Shown here: positions 39,133 through 48,965 of the stretch, piece by piece
Position numbering within the stretch: position 1 is the stretch's first letter
Layout: every line of letters begins with the position of its first letter
Origin: a virus
Lineage: Duplodnaviria > Caudoviricetes
DNA length: 64,000 bases
Reading direction: 5' to 3' (one strand)
IMG/VR virus record: IMGVR_UViG_3300028591_000098
Coordinates: 32,001-96,000 of that record
The notes under the pieces: generated by a model
What the model saw: the letters and a program-made list of their open reading frames with translations, nothing else
Database searches by the model: none
Told to the model about the DNA's origin: nothing
Program-made: the position numbers and the translations under genes

Positions 39133-39153
39133 CATTCTAGATATTAAAAAATG

Positions 39154-39804
39154 TTAAATATCTTCTACATCAACAATATCTTTTGAATTATCTTCTATAT
39201 TAATAAATTGAAAATCAAAATTTTGATATTTAAATTCTACCTGAAATGTTTCTGATTGTGCAACTGGTTGTGTAAAATTAAAGCTTAACATATCCATAGA
39301 ATTGATTAAAGGTTTCATTAACACAATTCTTGAATAAAATGAACCTTTTTCATTAAATATATCTACATTAAAATCATAATGTATATCTGCATAAGTTCTA
39401 TCTCTAGTATATTGATACCAAAAATTTTCAAACAATAAGAAATAATTCAAATAACCGAGTGTATGTCTAAAATGAATATTTATAGTTCTATCAATTAAGT
39501 CAATAGGAGATTTTTCTGATCTATAATAATGATCAGTTTCTGGAAACATAAATTTATTTTCATTTATTCTTTTTGAATCTATCATTGGTTCACCACTGGA
39601 TGATTGTCTTTGAATAGTAGTACCATTATTAAAACCTAATACTTCTACACTTTGTATTGATTCATTTAAAAAATCAATAGGTGTATAATAAAAAGAATGT
39701 TTAGAACGAATTATATTTGTATACTTTTCTTCTATTTCTTTACATATAAATTCTTTTGGTAATAATAATCTAAACGCATCCTGTCTTCCTTTTAATGCAA
39801 ACAT
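39154..39804 (-). CDS. tail-tube-fold protein (gp19/gp3/gp54-like)
   Basis: C-terminal L..P.I.S...LSF.......TFQVEFKY..F pattern; near the tape-measure-like gene. Confidence 0.45.
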   Translation of the reverse strand: MFALKGRQDAFRLLLPKEFICKEIEEKYTNIIRSKHSFYYTPIDFLNESIQSVEVLGFNNGTTIQRQSSSGEPMIDSKRINENKFMFPETDHYYRSEKSPIDLIDRTINIHFRHTLGYLNYFLLFENFWYQYTRDRTYADIHYDFNVDIFNEKGSFYSRIVLMKPLINSMDMLSFNFTQPVAQSETFQVEFKYQNFDFQFINIEDNSKDIVDVEDI

Positions 39805-39822
39805 GTTAATATTTAAATATAT

Positions 39823-39999
39823 TTAAACAATTGTACAAACTCTGGTTATTAATTTGTTTGTTGGTATTTTTTCCATTTCACCTGTTATTGGATGTTTTTT
39901 ATAAATATAATCTTGTTTTAATACTTCTACTAATGTTTCTTTATTAATAGGAATATTGTTTATTCTTTTTGAATTATAATAAATATCATACGCCTTCAT
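39823..39999 (-). CDS. small hypothetical protein (58 aa, not in the ORF track)
   Basis: MKAYDIYYNSKRINN...TRVCTIV*; fills the gap in the operon. Confidence 0.55.
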   Translation of the reverse strand: MKAYDIYYNSKRINNIPINKETLVEVLKQDYIYKKHPITGEMEKIPTNKLITRVCTIV

Positions 40000-40018
40000 A
40001 TATTATCTTAATATTAAT

Positions 40019-43000
40019 TTATGATTTATGTCTAATTGTCTTACCATCTATTTGCCATTTAGTTCCTTGTAATACTTGTTTCATTGCAATCATAATATCT
40101 TCTTCACCATATCTTGCATTTGCGCCAGATTTTTTAATTGGTGTTTTATTAGTATTAGTTGATTTTGACCATGGTGTTTCTATTACACCAGAAGTATTTT
40201 GATCTTTTACTATTGGTGTATAGTCTGAACCTCCAGTTTTGGTTGTTGATGGATTAGGTGTTGTAGAAGGATCACCACCAGTTTTAGTTGGGTCAGTTAA
40301 TGTATTATCATCTGTTACTTGTGCAATTTCAATACGTAATGATTGTCCTAATATTTCTTTAACATTATTAACTTGTTTTTCAATAATTTCTTGACGTTTC
40401 TTTTGAATTGTTTCTGCTTGATTTATAACATTCTTTGCATTTGTCAATTCTTTAGTCAATTTACTTAATTCTTCAGATAATTTATTTGCTATAGCATCTG
40501 TCAATCCATCAAGATTACCTAATTTATTTGCTAATATATTCATTGATTTAACAAATTCAGTAACCTTTGAAAGTTTAACTGTGTTTATTTTATTTACTAT
40601 ACCTGAAAATTCATCTAAGTCATCATTAAAATCTTCTAATTCATTATTTTGTTTAATTTGTGAAACTGCCTTATTTATATCAATAATACCATTGGAAAGT
40701 ACGTTAAAACCATTCTCTCCGACATCCTTAGCATTTTTTGCAGTATTTATAATGTTTTCTAATATTTTTCCTAATTCTTCAAAATCTGCAGTTATTGTTG
40801 AATTTTTTCCAAAAATAGAATCTATTAAATCAACATTTTTATCATTAAAATTACCAAAACCAATAATTGTTTTAATAACTTCTTTATATCCGTCTAATAA
40901 TCGTAAAATTTTTCCTTTTCCATTACCTTGTTCATCACCAAGACCAAATAAATCGTTGATTATTGTGCCATCACCTAATAATTTTTGTGTATTAACAAGT
41001 TGTTTAATAATATAATACATACTATTATTAAATGCTATACAATTATCTGTTCCCTTTTTAACAAAATTATAATTACTATTTATGAGTTTTACATAATTAG
41101 GTGATGAAATTAATTCAGAAATTGAATCTATTAAAGTTTTAAATACTAATAAAATATTATTTTTTGCAATAGTTGCAGTAACACTATTCCAAGGAATATA
41201 TACATATTTAGGTTTACCATTATTATCATAACCAGTTATAAGTGGGAATTGTCCTTTCGCATACATACCAATAATATATGCTAATGTTGTAATAGGTATA
41301 GATAATTTAGCTATTGCGTTTGCTGCTATCATTGCTGGTGCTTTAGATGCATCACCCGCAAATATTAATCCAGGTGCACCAAAAATATCTTTATTACCTT
41401 TAACTACACTGGTTATTGCATTACCAATACATGTTATTATCATATATATTCCTGCAGCTGCTCTACCAAAATCAACAGCAGTCATTAATCTATAACCCTT
41501 TCGTTTACCCGTTTTTTCATCATATATAGGTATTCTTAAAGATGCATAACTTTGAACAACACCAGCTAATAATGATAAAGGAGGAGCCATAGCCCCAATA
41601 GCTTTAGCTGCTAATATTGCAGGAGCTTTTGATACATCTCCACCAAATATTGAATCTGGTGCACCAAATACCTCTGTATTACCTTTAACAACATCAACTA
41701 TTGCATCACCTACTGTTGTAATAATTTGACCTATTCGATACTTTGCAGTTTCAAAATCAGTTTTTGACATTTTTTCAAAACCAACTATTAATCCATTTTT
41801 GTTGTATTTAGGAATTGTTAAAGTTGCATAGTTTTTAATAACGGTAGCCATATCGCTTAACATTTCAGACATAGCTGATAATGCTTTACTTACTTTTATT
41901 ATATCATCAGCTCTTTTAATCATTGGTGCAAATTCATCAACAATTGCAAATACAGCTTTCATTGAAGATACTAAACTACTTGCATCAAATGCTTTTATTT
42001 TAGATAATTTATCAATAGAATTAACAATTTTACCCATAGCATCGGCAACTACCCATATTGCGGCCGCACCTGCTAATACTACACCTATTGCGGCCATTAC
42101 TAATACAGATTGTGGGCCACCTAATGCTACACCTAATTGAAATAATCCAAAAGAAAGTATACCTAATACCGCAACTGCACCCACCACAACTCCTATAAAT
42201 GTACCAACACCGCCGGATTTACTTATTATTGCAGAAACTTTTGCAAAATTTTGAAATGCCTTTGATATAATCCAAATAGCACCTGCAACAACAAGTAATG
42301 CAAGTTCTCCTTTTTTAAGATCTTTTTCTGTTTTAGATAATTTATAAAGTATAAATGCAACACCACCAGTAAGGACTAATGTGGTTATAACAAAACTCCA
42401 AATATTACCTGACATATTTGGATCTTCTGACATCATATTACCAGCAAACAATAATACTCCACCAAGAACAAGAACTAATAATGTAAACTCTAAAGCTATC
42501 CATTTGTTTTTTTCAATTCCTTGTCCTGCTAACCATAATGCTATTCCAATACCAATTACAAATAATGCTAAAACAGCCGCAAATCCCCATACTGCACCTT
42601 TATCCAATTCATTATAGAATATTGATCCAAATAATAATACTATACCACACACTGCAACTAATGTACCAAATCCAGCAATTCCAACCATATTACCTTTCAT
42701 ATTTTTAGTTGCAATTTGTATAGCGAATGATATGCCAAGTATGAATAAGAATAATACAGCAGCAAAACCAAGTAATGAACCTTTATCTATATTTTTATAT
42801 AACATTGCACCAAAGATAAGTGTAAATCCTGAAAGAGCTATTAAAATACCAAATTCAGCCATTCCTACAGTAACCTTTTTCAATATTTGTGAAGCTGAAC
42901 CTTTTTCACCAAATATTTTTCCTGCTAGCAAGCATGAACCCCATAACGCTACGATCATTCCAAGTACAAATAATCCTAATGTTGTGGCAAATTCAACCAA

Positions 43001-45103
43001 TGATTCCCAAGGTATAAATTGATATAACATTGCACCAAAGATAAGTGTAACTCCACAAATAGCAATAAATGTACCGAATTCTTCCATTCCTTTTAATCCT
43101 ACTGAAATATTATCGGAATTAATACTAACAGCTTTTGTAGTTAACCAAATAAACGCACCTAATACTACCGCAAATAACGTAGCACCAACAATTAATTTTT
43201 GACTAGCCAATAATCCTGCCAATATAAGAATTACACCCGCACCTATAACTAATTCTGCCAAACCTCTTAATATTGGACCAGAATCTTTAATATCTCTAGA
43301 GTTTACTAATATTACCGATGTTATTCCACTAATAAGTACTCCTAACATTATAGTAAACTCAGTTATATTACCTAAAATTATAAATGATGATATAACACTT
43401 ACAAATAATAACATACTTGCACATGTAACAATTAAAAAGTTTAATTCACGTAATGAACTAAATAATAAATTAAAATTTTTATTATCTATTACAGGTAATT
43501 TATTATATAATGTAATAAGTGTTGATAATCCATTAAATAATTTTTCTAATAATTGTGTTTTAATTGTTGCAAGAAATAATATACCTATAGAAGGAAGTGA
43601 ATCAACAATAGTATTTATATATTTAACAAATAATACAAAATTATCCATTGTTTTCGAAATATCACCTAATGGAACATTATTATTTATTTTATTAAATATT
43701 TTTTCTAAGTTGTCAACAACATCTTCCATGAATTCAAAACTATCTATTACTTTAGATTGTTTTTTCTTATCAAAATCAACTAATTGAAATAATACATTAA
43801 TAAAGTTTCTTACATTATTTATTATTTTAGTTGATTTATTTACATCCGAACTTATTTCTTCTAATGAAGTAATTATTTCTTCAAAACCATATGTCAAATT
43901 ATTTGCCATTATATTAAAATTACGATGCATTCTAAATAATTCTAATAAACTAACGTCTGTTAATTTTAATATTGCATCAATAAATAATGACAATACAATA
44001 ATTGATTCTTGTTTTGATTTTTTTGATTCTACTGCCTGTTTATTTAATGTATCTAATAATTCACCTAAATCTGAATCAATAATATGATTTAATAATATTA
44101 TTTTAAATTTTGAATGTATTATATCTGAAAGTTTAACGGACGCAATTTTAGATATTGCATCAACAATATAATTTATTGATACAATGTTTTCATTAATAAT
44201 TTTTTTATCAATTTTAAACTGTTGTAATTTATTTAATAATTCATATAAAACATCAAAAGTTGATAACATTTCTCTAACGTTTTTAATAGAATCAGAAATA
44301 TTTTCCAAACTATTCATTGCAGAAAAAATGTCCTTTATAGATATTATTTTATCATCACCTCCAGCTATAACTTTTTTAATTGCTTCTAAACGAGCATACA
44401 TACTATTATCTATACCTGGTAAATCATTTAAATCATTATCTACAAAATTTTTGAAGTTTTCTATATTTTCACTACTTAATGATATAACATCCTTTTCTTT
44501 TAATTGTTCATTAATAGTATTAACTGCTTCAAATATATCATTAATATTATTTATTATTTTGTTTTTATCTAAATTTATATTATTAAATTCTTGTACACCA
44601 TTAGCCAATGAATTTATTACTGCCACAACTTCAGTAAAAAGTTCCAAATCACCAGGATTTTTAGGATCTGTAAATTTAATTAGTGATTCAAGCATTTTTG
44701 TCAAATCACTTGTATTAGATATAATTTCAATAATTAGTTTATTATTTACACCTTCTTGATTTTTTATATTATTTGTTTTATTGGTGATATTTACTTTTTT
44801 ATAATTTTTATTATCTTCAATAATTTGTTTTTTAATATCATCAATTGTATCTTTTATATTCTTAAAAATTCCACCAGAAATACCTTTTTTATCTTCTTTT
44901 AATTTTGACAGAACATTATTTTCATTTATATCTTGTCCAATTAATGTTCCATAAATTGCACATAATACGGCTAATTGATCAACTTGTATTTCTTCAGATT
45001 GATCATTACCTGCAGGAAGTTTAGGACCAAATTGTTTAGTATTTTTATTTATTTCTTTAACATTAGAATTTAAAGATGACAATATCTCGTTTTTTTTGGC
45101 CAT
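40019..45103 (-). CDS. tape-measure-like protein with many hydrophobic helices
   Basis: 1694 aa; helical/coiled N- and C-termini; central Gly/Ala-rich hydrophobic repeats; near the tail-tube-like gene. Confidence 0.6.
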   Translation of the reverse strand: MAKKNEILSSLNSNVKEINKNTKQFGPKLPAGNDQSEEIQVDQLAVLCAIYGTLIGQDINENNVLSKLKEDKKGISGGIFKNIKDTIDDIKKQIIEDNKNYKKVNITNKTNNIKNQEGVNNKLIIEIISNTSDLTKMLESLIKFTDPKNPGDLELFTEVVAVINSLANGVQEFNNINLDKNKIINNINDIFEAVNTINEQLKEKDVISLSSENIENFKNFVDNDLNDLPGIDNSMYARLEAIKKVIAGGDDKIISIKDIFSAMNSLENISDSIKNVREMLSTFDVLYELLNKLQQFKIDKKIINENIVSINYIVDAISKIASVKLSDIIHSKFKIILLNHIIDSDLGELLDTLNKQAVESKKSKQESIIVLSLFIDAILKLTDVSLLELFRMHRNFNIMANNLTYGFEEIITSLEEISSDVNKSTKIINNVRNFINVLFQLVDFDKKKQSKVIDSFEFMEDVVDNLEKIFNKINNNVPLGDISKTMDNFVLFVKYINTIVDSLPSIGILFLATIKTQLLEKLFNGLSTLITLYNKLPVIDNKNFNLLFSSLRELNFLIVTCASMLLFVSVISSFIILGNITEFTIMLGVLISGITSVILVNSRDIKDSGPILRGLAELVIGAGVILILAGLLASQKLIVGATLFAVVLGAFIWLTTKAVSINSDNISVGLKGMEEFGTFIAICGVTLIFGAMLYQFIPWESLVEFATTLGLFVLGMIVALWGSCLLAGKIFGEKGSASQILKKVTVGMAEFGILIALSGFTLIFGAMLYKNIDKGSLLGFAAVLFLFILGISFAIQIATKNMKGNMVGIAGFGTLVAVCGIVLLFGSIFYNELDKGAVWGFAAVLALFVIGIGIALWLAGQGIEKNKWIALEFTLLVLVLGGVLLFAGNMMSEDPNMSGNIWSFVITTLVLTGGVAFILYKLSKTEKDLKKGELALLVVAGAIWIISKAFQNFAKVSAIISKSGGVGTFIGVVVGAVAVLGILSFGLFQLGVALGGPQSVLVMAAIGVVLAGAAAIWVVADAMGKIVNSIDKLSKIKAFDASSLVSSMKAVFAIVDEFAPMIKRADDIIKVSKALSAMSEMLSDMATVIKNYATLTIPKYNKNGLIVGFEKMSKTDFETAKYRIGQIITTVGDAIVDVVKGNTEVFGAPDSIFGGDVSKAPAILAAKAIGAMAPPLSLLAGVVQSYASLRIPIYDEKTGKRKGYRLMTAVDFGRAAAGIYMIITCIGNAITSVVKGNKDIFGAPGLIFAGDASKAPAMIAANAIAKLSIPITTLAYIIGMYAKGQFPLITGYDNNGKPKYVYIPWNSVTATIAKNNILLVFKTLIDSISELISSPNYVKLINSNYNFVKKGTDNCIAFNNSMYYIIKQLVNTQKLLGDGTIINDLFGLGDEQGNGKGKILRLLDGYKEVIKTIIGFGNFNDKNVDLIDSIFGKNSTITADFEELGKILENIINTAKNAKDVGENGFNVLSNGIIDINKAVSQIKQNNELEDFNDDLDEFSGIVNKINTVKLSKVTEFVKSMNILANKLGNLDGLTDAIANKLSEELSKLTKELTNAKNVINQAETIQKKRQEIIEKQVNNVKEILGQSLRIEIAQVTDDNTLTDPTKTGGDPSTTPNPSTTKTGGSDYTPIVKDQNTSGVIETPWSKSTNTNKTPIKKSGANARYGEEDIMIAMKQVLQGTKWQIDGKTIRHKS

Positions 45104-45178
45104 ATATTATTTTTACAAACATTTTTATTTCTTATATAAAAATAAAATAAATGCCTAATATTTCAAAGTTTTTCACAT

Positions 45179-45212
45179 AAAAAAATGACCAACTCTTACG
45201 AGCCAGTCATTT
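45179..45212 (-). terminator. intrinsic terminator of the OmpA gene
   Basis: minus RNA AAAUGACUGGCUC-GUAA-GAGUUGGUCAUUUUUUU. Confidence 0.8.
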
Positions 45213-45235
45213 AATGTTTCACCTTTTATAAACTG

Positions 45236-46360
45236 TTACTTATTTGTAACAACTGCTACTCTACCTGTTGTAGGACCAAATACTACTCCGAGACCTTCAA
45301 CAGTATCTACTCGTGCGCCTCTATCGCGAAGATATTGTGCAACAGCTTCAGCTCTCTTCAATGAAAGTGCCTTGTTATACTCTGTTGAACCTTCACTAGA
45401 TGCATATCCACGTACTACATAAACTCCATTTTGTCCGAGCTTATCAAGTGTTTCCTTGGCATTTGCATCAAGTTCAGCACTGTCAAATGCGAAGAATACA
45501 GTTTCCTTTACACCAAATCCTGTTGCTTCCTTTACTGCATTAGTTGCAGGTACTTCCTTAACAACTACCTTTTCAATTACCTTAGGCTTCTTAGCAAGTT
45601 CTGCATTCAAACGTTCATTTTCGGCAATCATATCACCAACATTATATGTCTTGAAATGATGTGTACCATTTGAAGTCTTAAAATGATAAGCATAACCAAC
45701 TATTAAACCAAGTTGTGCATAATTCTTGTTAAATTGAATATCACCTGTTTCACTAAGATTCCAATATACACCTGGAGATACTGTGATAGTATGTTCCTTA
45801 GCTTTACCTACATTAAATGCAAAATCTACTGCTGTCTTAGCAACCAATGCATTTTTATTACTTGTTACATACCAACCACCAAGGGGTGCCTTAGGTGAAT
45901 ATGTACCAAAATAATGCAACCAACCTAAACCTGTATTTGACTTAATTTCAAAGAAACGTGGAGTTCCTTGATATCCAAATAAAAGATTAGACCAATTGAT
46001 TACACCATTCAATCCAACAGTTGTGGCTTTAATAAATGTATTAACTTTACCAGCCTTATGTACATTAAATGAACCAAATGTTGGAATAGATGCATTTACA
46101 CCCTCACGATAGAAATTATCACCAAAAACTGCCATACCTTCAACTTCCAACCCAAATACTGGAGTGAGTTCCTTACCAGCCTTAATACCTACAACAGTAT
46201 TAATAGGGAACATCTTATTGAAGTTAAGAGGAGTTGTAGCACCAACTTCTACGCCAACATAAGTGTTATCAAACACCTTTGAATTCTCAGTAGCTACCTG
46301 AGCATTAGCTGTAAACATCATGGTCAATGCCATGACAATTGTCAAAATAAACTTTTTCAT
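45236..46360 (-). CDS. OmpA-family outer membrane protein (Bacteroidota type)
   Basis: signal peptide MKKFILTIVMALTMMFTANAQ; beta-barrel region; YHFKTSNGTHHF; OmpA C-domain FFAFDSA..GYASSEG..EYNKALSLKRAEAV. Confidence 0.9.
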   Translation of the reverse strand: MKKFILTIVMALTMMFTANAQVATENSKVFDNTYVGVEVGATTPLNFNKMFPINTVVGIKAGKELTPVFGLEVEGMAVFGDNFYREGVNASIPTFGSFNVHKAGKVNTFIKATTVGLNGVINWSNLLFGYQGTPRFFEIKSNTGLGWLHYFGTYSPKAPLGGWYVTSNKNALVAKTAVDFAFNVGKAKEHTITVSPGVYWNLSETGDIQFNKNYAQLGLIVGYAYHFKTSNGTHHFKTYNVGDMIAENERLNAELAKKPKVIEKVVVKEVPATNAVKEATGFGVKETVFFAFDSAELDANAKETLDKLGQNGVYVVRGYASSEGSTEYNKALSLKRAEAVAQYLRDRGARVDTVEGLGVVFGPTTGRVAVVTNK

Positions 46361-46428
46361 TTTCTCGTTAAATTAAAAATTAATTAATATATTTTGGATA
46401 TAAGATATATAATCATTATATCAATTTT

Positions 46429-46458
46429 AATATAGATTTATTTTTTTATTTTTTTCAA
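46429..46458 (-). promoter_or_regulatory. promoter motif variant upstream of ompA
   Basis: minus strand TTGAAA-N18-TATATT. Confidence 0.45.
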
Positions 46459-46473
46459 TATTTTTTAATTTTT

Positions 46474-47004
46474 TTAAAATATACGTGATAATTTATCTAC
46501 TTCTTTTAATGCAGTAGGTATTCTATATTTACCATGCATTTTAAATACATGCCAAGGAGCAACAATTGGTGCAGCTGTTGTTTGAACATATAATGGTTTT
46601 TTTGATTTACCTCTAAATACTTTACTAGATATTTTGTCACAATCACCAAAATTATTTTTTGCTACACCATATACAATTTTACTATGTCCATATTTAATTA
46701 AATAATTATGTAAATGATCACCTAATCCGCCCCATTCTTTATCCCCAACTTTTAAAGTAATATAACCATCTACAATAACTGCATGAATTTTGTCCCATAA
46801 TTCTAATTGTTCTTTAATAAATTTTTTAAGTATTTTCTTTATACCTGGAAGTTCCCTTTTATAAAACTCTCCTGGAACATAATCAAAAGTTACTTTGGTA
46901 TATATTGTATCTGAATAAATAATTTTATCATCTTCTAATTTAAATACAACCAATGATGTATTACATACATTATCTTTATAATAAGAATCTAATGCTAAAA
47001 ACAT
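46474..47004 (-). CDS. nfi: endonuclease V family protein
   Basis: LALDSYY, YVPGEFYKRELP, VIVDGY, GVAK, RGKSKKPLYV, MHGKYRIPT.LK.VD. Confidence 0.85.
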   Translation of the reverse strand: MFLALDSYYKDNVCNTSLVVFKLEDDKIIYSDTIYTKVTFDYVPGEFYKRELPGIKKILKKFIKEQLELWDKIHAVIVDGYITLKVGDKEWGGLGDHLHNYLIKYGHSKIVYGVAKNNFGDCDKISSKVFRGKSKKPLYVQTTAAPIVAPWHVFKMHGKYRIPTALKEVDKLSRIF

Positions 47005-47006
47005 AA

Positions 47007-47234
47007 TTATATTTTATCAATTTTTTTAAAATATGCATCTGGATGATTTTTCTTAAATTCAGTATCTTTTATAACACCTTTAGATAGACACATACAATAT
47101 TCGATATTATTTAAATCATCTGCTAGTCTATCACAATCATCAGATAACTCACAACAATTACATGGATTTTTATCATTAACTCCCCAATCATCCAAATAAT
47201 AACCATTATATAACCTATTATTATCAATTTGCAT
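47007..47234 (-). CDS. small Cys-rich hypothetical protein
   Basis: PCNCCEL..DC...CMC. Confidence 0.5.
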   Translation of the reverse strand: MQIDNNRLYNGYYLDDWGVNDKNPCNCCELSDDCDRLADDLNNIEYCMCLSKGVIKDTEFKKNHPDAYFKKIDKI

Positions 47235-47436
47235 AATTTTTTTTCCTATTATTTTTACTTTTTAATGATTGCTCATAAATTTTAGGTGAAGAATTATAAT
47301 TTTTAGGTATATTATTCGGTATTTTATATTTTTGAATTCCTCTATATTCTTGACCTTTAATAATCATCAATAATTCATTAACCTCTTTTACTGTTAAATT
47401 AACTAATTCTTCAGAAATTTCTTGAATACTACTCAT
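47224..47436 (-). CDS. ribosomal protein bL12 N-terminal-domain mimic
   Basis: EELVNLTVKEVNEL matches the Bacteroidota L7/L12 dimerisation helix; no bL12 hinge or CTD. Confidence 0.7.
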   Translation of the reverse strand: MSSIQEISEELVNLTVKEVNELLMIIKGQEYRGIQKYKIPNNIPKNYNSSPKIYEQSLKSKNNRKKNYAN

Positions 47437-47437
47437 A

Positions 47438-47785
47438 TTAAATTATTAAATGTGTTATTTTAATATTCCTGATTTTACCATTTTTTATTATTGGTTGATA
47501 ATCCATTTTCCACATCGTATTAATATGTGAATTTATAAATCTAAGTTTATTATCATCTATAAGACGACGAATATCATTACCTTCAAATATCCAATTTTGG
47601 TCAACCCATATTTTAAACCATTCTTGAATACAATCTTTCAAACATTTATGTAACAAAACATTTTCTGCAAAAATCCAATATAAATTTCGTTTCTGTTCAA
47701 ATTCTACATAGACATGGCGAAATTTTTTATTATCTTTTGTATATAATTCAAATAAAATTTCTGATTTTTTCCAAAATAAACTCAT
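47438..47785 (-). CDS. hypothetical protein
   Basis: intact ORF. Confidence 0.55.
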   Translation of the reverse strand: MSLFWKKSEILFELYTKDNKKFRHVYVEFEQKRNLYWIFAENVLLHKCLKDCIQEWFKIWVDQNWIFEGNDIRRLIDDNKLRFINSHINTMWKMDYQPIIKNGKIRNIKITHLII

Positions 47786-47787
47786 AA

Positions 47788-48039
47788 TTATTTAACAATA
47801 ATTTCAATTTGTCCAATATTTGTATTATACCATTTTGATGTTACTCTAAATACCTTCCAATCATTATTGTACCAAAGTGTAATAAAATCACCAATATTAG
47901 GTATCATAAAATTTGGATATATTATAAGAGAAACATTACCAATAAATTCAAATGGATGTAAATGCCAAAATCCTTTATCTAAACTAAAATGAACATTATT
48001 CATTTTTTGACCACCCATCATTTTTTCAAAATATTCCAT
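47788..48039 (-). CDS. hypothetical protein
   Basis: ATG at 48039 (MEYFEK). Confidence 0.5.
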   Translation of the reverse strand: MEYFEKMMGGQKMNNVHFSLDKGFWHLHPFEFIGNVSLIIYPNFMIPNIGDFITLWYNNDWKVFRVTSKWYNTNIGQIEIIVK

Positions 48040-48043
48040 ATTA

Positions 48044-48367
48044 TTATCTATTTGCAATTTCTATAAGTTCATTTACTAAGTTTTCAACACCTTCATCATT
48101 ACCAAGAATATCATAATTATAAAGAATATCGTAAATAGACTTGGCAATACTTTTACGTACCTTTTCTCCATCTAATGAATATATTGCACAATAATGGGAA
48201 ATAGGAGTAGATTCAATCCCAAATTCATCCCTTTCAATACAGAAATAATCGTTTGTTAATTCTCGAATAGCTTTGAGTATCTTACCAAATTCATCGTTAT
48301 CACGAATTTCCCAAAGCTTCATTTCTTCATCAAGTGTCATCTTAGCCATATTATTCAAATTTTCCAT
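48044..48367 (-). CDS. hypothetical protein
   Basis: intact ORF. Confidence 0.55.
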   Translation of the reverse strand: MENLNNMAKMTLDEEMKLWEIRDNDEFGKILKAIRELTNDYFCIERDEFGIESTPISHYCAIYSLDGEKVRKSIAKSIYDILYNYDILGNDEGVENLVNELIEIANR

Positions 48368-48698
48368 TAACGATTTTTGAAGGTAATTTATAAGCCCAAT
48401 TCAAATATTTCTTAAATGCTTCAAAATCAGTAAAATCTTTAGTCATAAAAGGATCAAATCTATCAATATCTATATCTGTATGTGTTGAAAAATGAATATA
48501 AATATTACCACTAAGAGAAGCAGATATTCCTACCAAAAGCCAAGAATTATCTTTATGAATCATATTTAAGGAATTGTCATATGCTAATCTATAATTGTCT
48601 TTTAAATAATTACGAACCTCTTCTGTGTTAGCTATAATTGGGCATTTAGGAAGAATTTTTCCTCCACAACTTTTGTAAGTATTAAATGGCGCTTTCAT
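48351..48698 (-). CDS. hypothetical protein
   Basis: intact ORF. Confidence 0.55.
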   Translation of the reverse strand: MKAPFNTYKSCGGKILPKCPIIANTEEVRNYLKDNYRLAYDNSLNMIHKDNSWLLVGISASLSGNIYIHFSTHTDIDIDRFDPFMTKDFTDFEAFKKYLNWAYKLPSKIVNGKFE

Positions 48699-48727
48699 AT
48701 TAAATTCAATGTTTTATATACTAACTA

Positions 48728-48874
48728 TTATTTATTGTCATTAACACCCGCTTCATAAATCTTAGTAACCATTCTCTTAATTGCCTTCTTTCTATCAATA
48801 GGACTGGCATAATAAGCATTCAAAACTTGATGAAGCTCAGTAACTAAATTTCCAATTCTAACTGCTGTAGTCAT
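48728..48874 (-). CDS. small hypothetical protein (48 aa, not in the ORF track)
   Basis: MTTAVRIGNLVTELHQV...GVNDNK*; first gene after the promoter at 48900. Confidence 0.5.
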   Translation of the reverse strand: MTTAVRIGNLVTELHQVLNAYYASPIDRKKAIKRMVTKIYEAGVNDNK

Positions 48875-48899
48875 ATTTAATTTAATTAATTACAAATAC

Positions 48900-48928
48900 A
48901 ATATAGAAATTTTTTAAAAAAAATTCAA
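48900..48928 (-). promoter_or_regulatory. conserved phage promoter motif
   Basis: minus strand (T)TTGAAT-N17-TATATT, spacer ending ATTTC. Confidence 0.7.
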
Positions 48929-48937
48929 ATATAATTA

Positions 48938-48965
48938 AAAAAAGGAGTAACTTAAATTACTCCTT
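48938..48965 (-). terminator. intrinsic terminator
   Basis: aaggagtaa-cttaaa-ttactcctt hairpin with an A-run on + (U-tract on -). Confidence 0.7.

Noticed and set aside
40581-44759. Plus-strand ORFs inside the tape-measure-like gene, and similar antisense ORFs (e.g. 5270, 7811, 10517, 55330)
   Set aside because: They are shadow frames of well-supported genes on the opposite strand, with no motifs.
47007-48057. Shared MQIDNN starts of ORFs 47007-47234 and 47788-48057
   Set aside because: The second relies on a TTG start overlapping the upstream gene; the likely start is ATG 48039 and the match is short and AT-rich.
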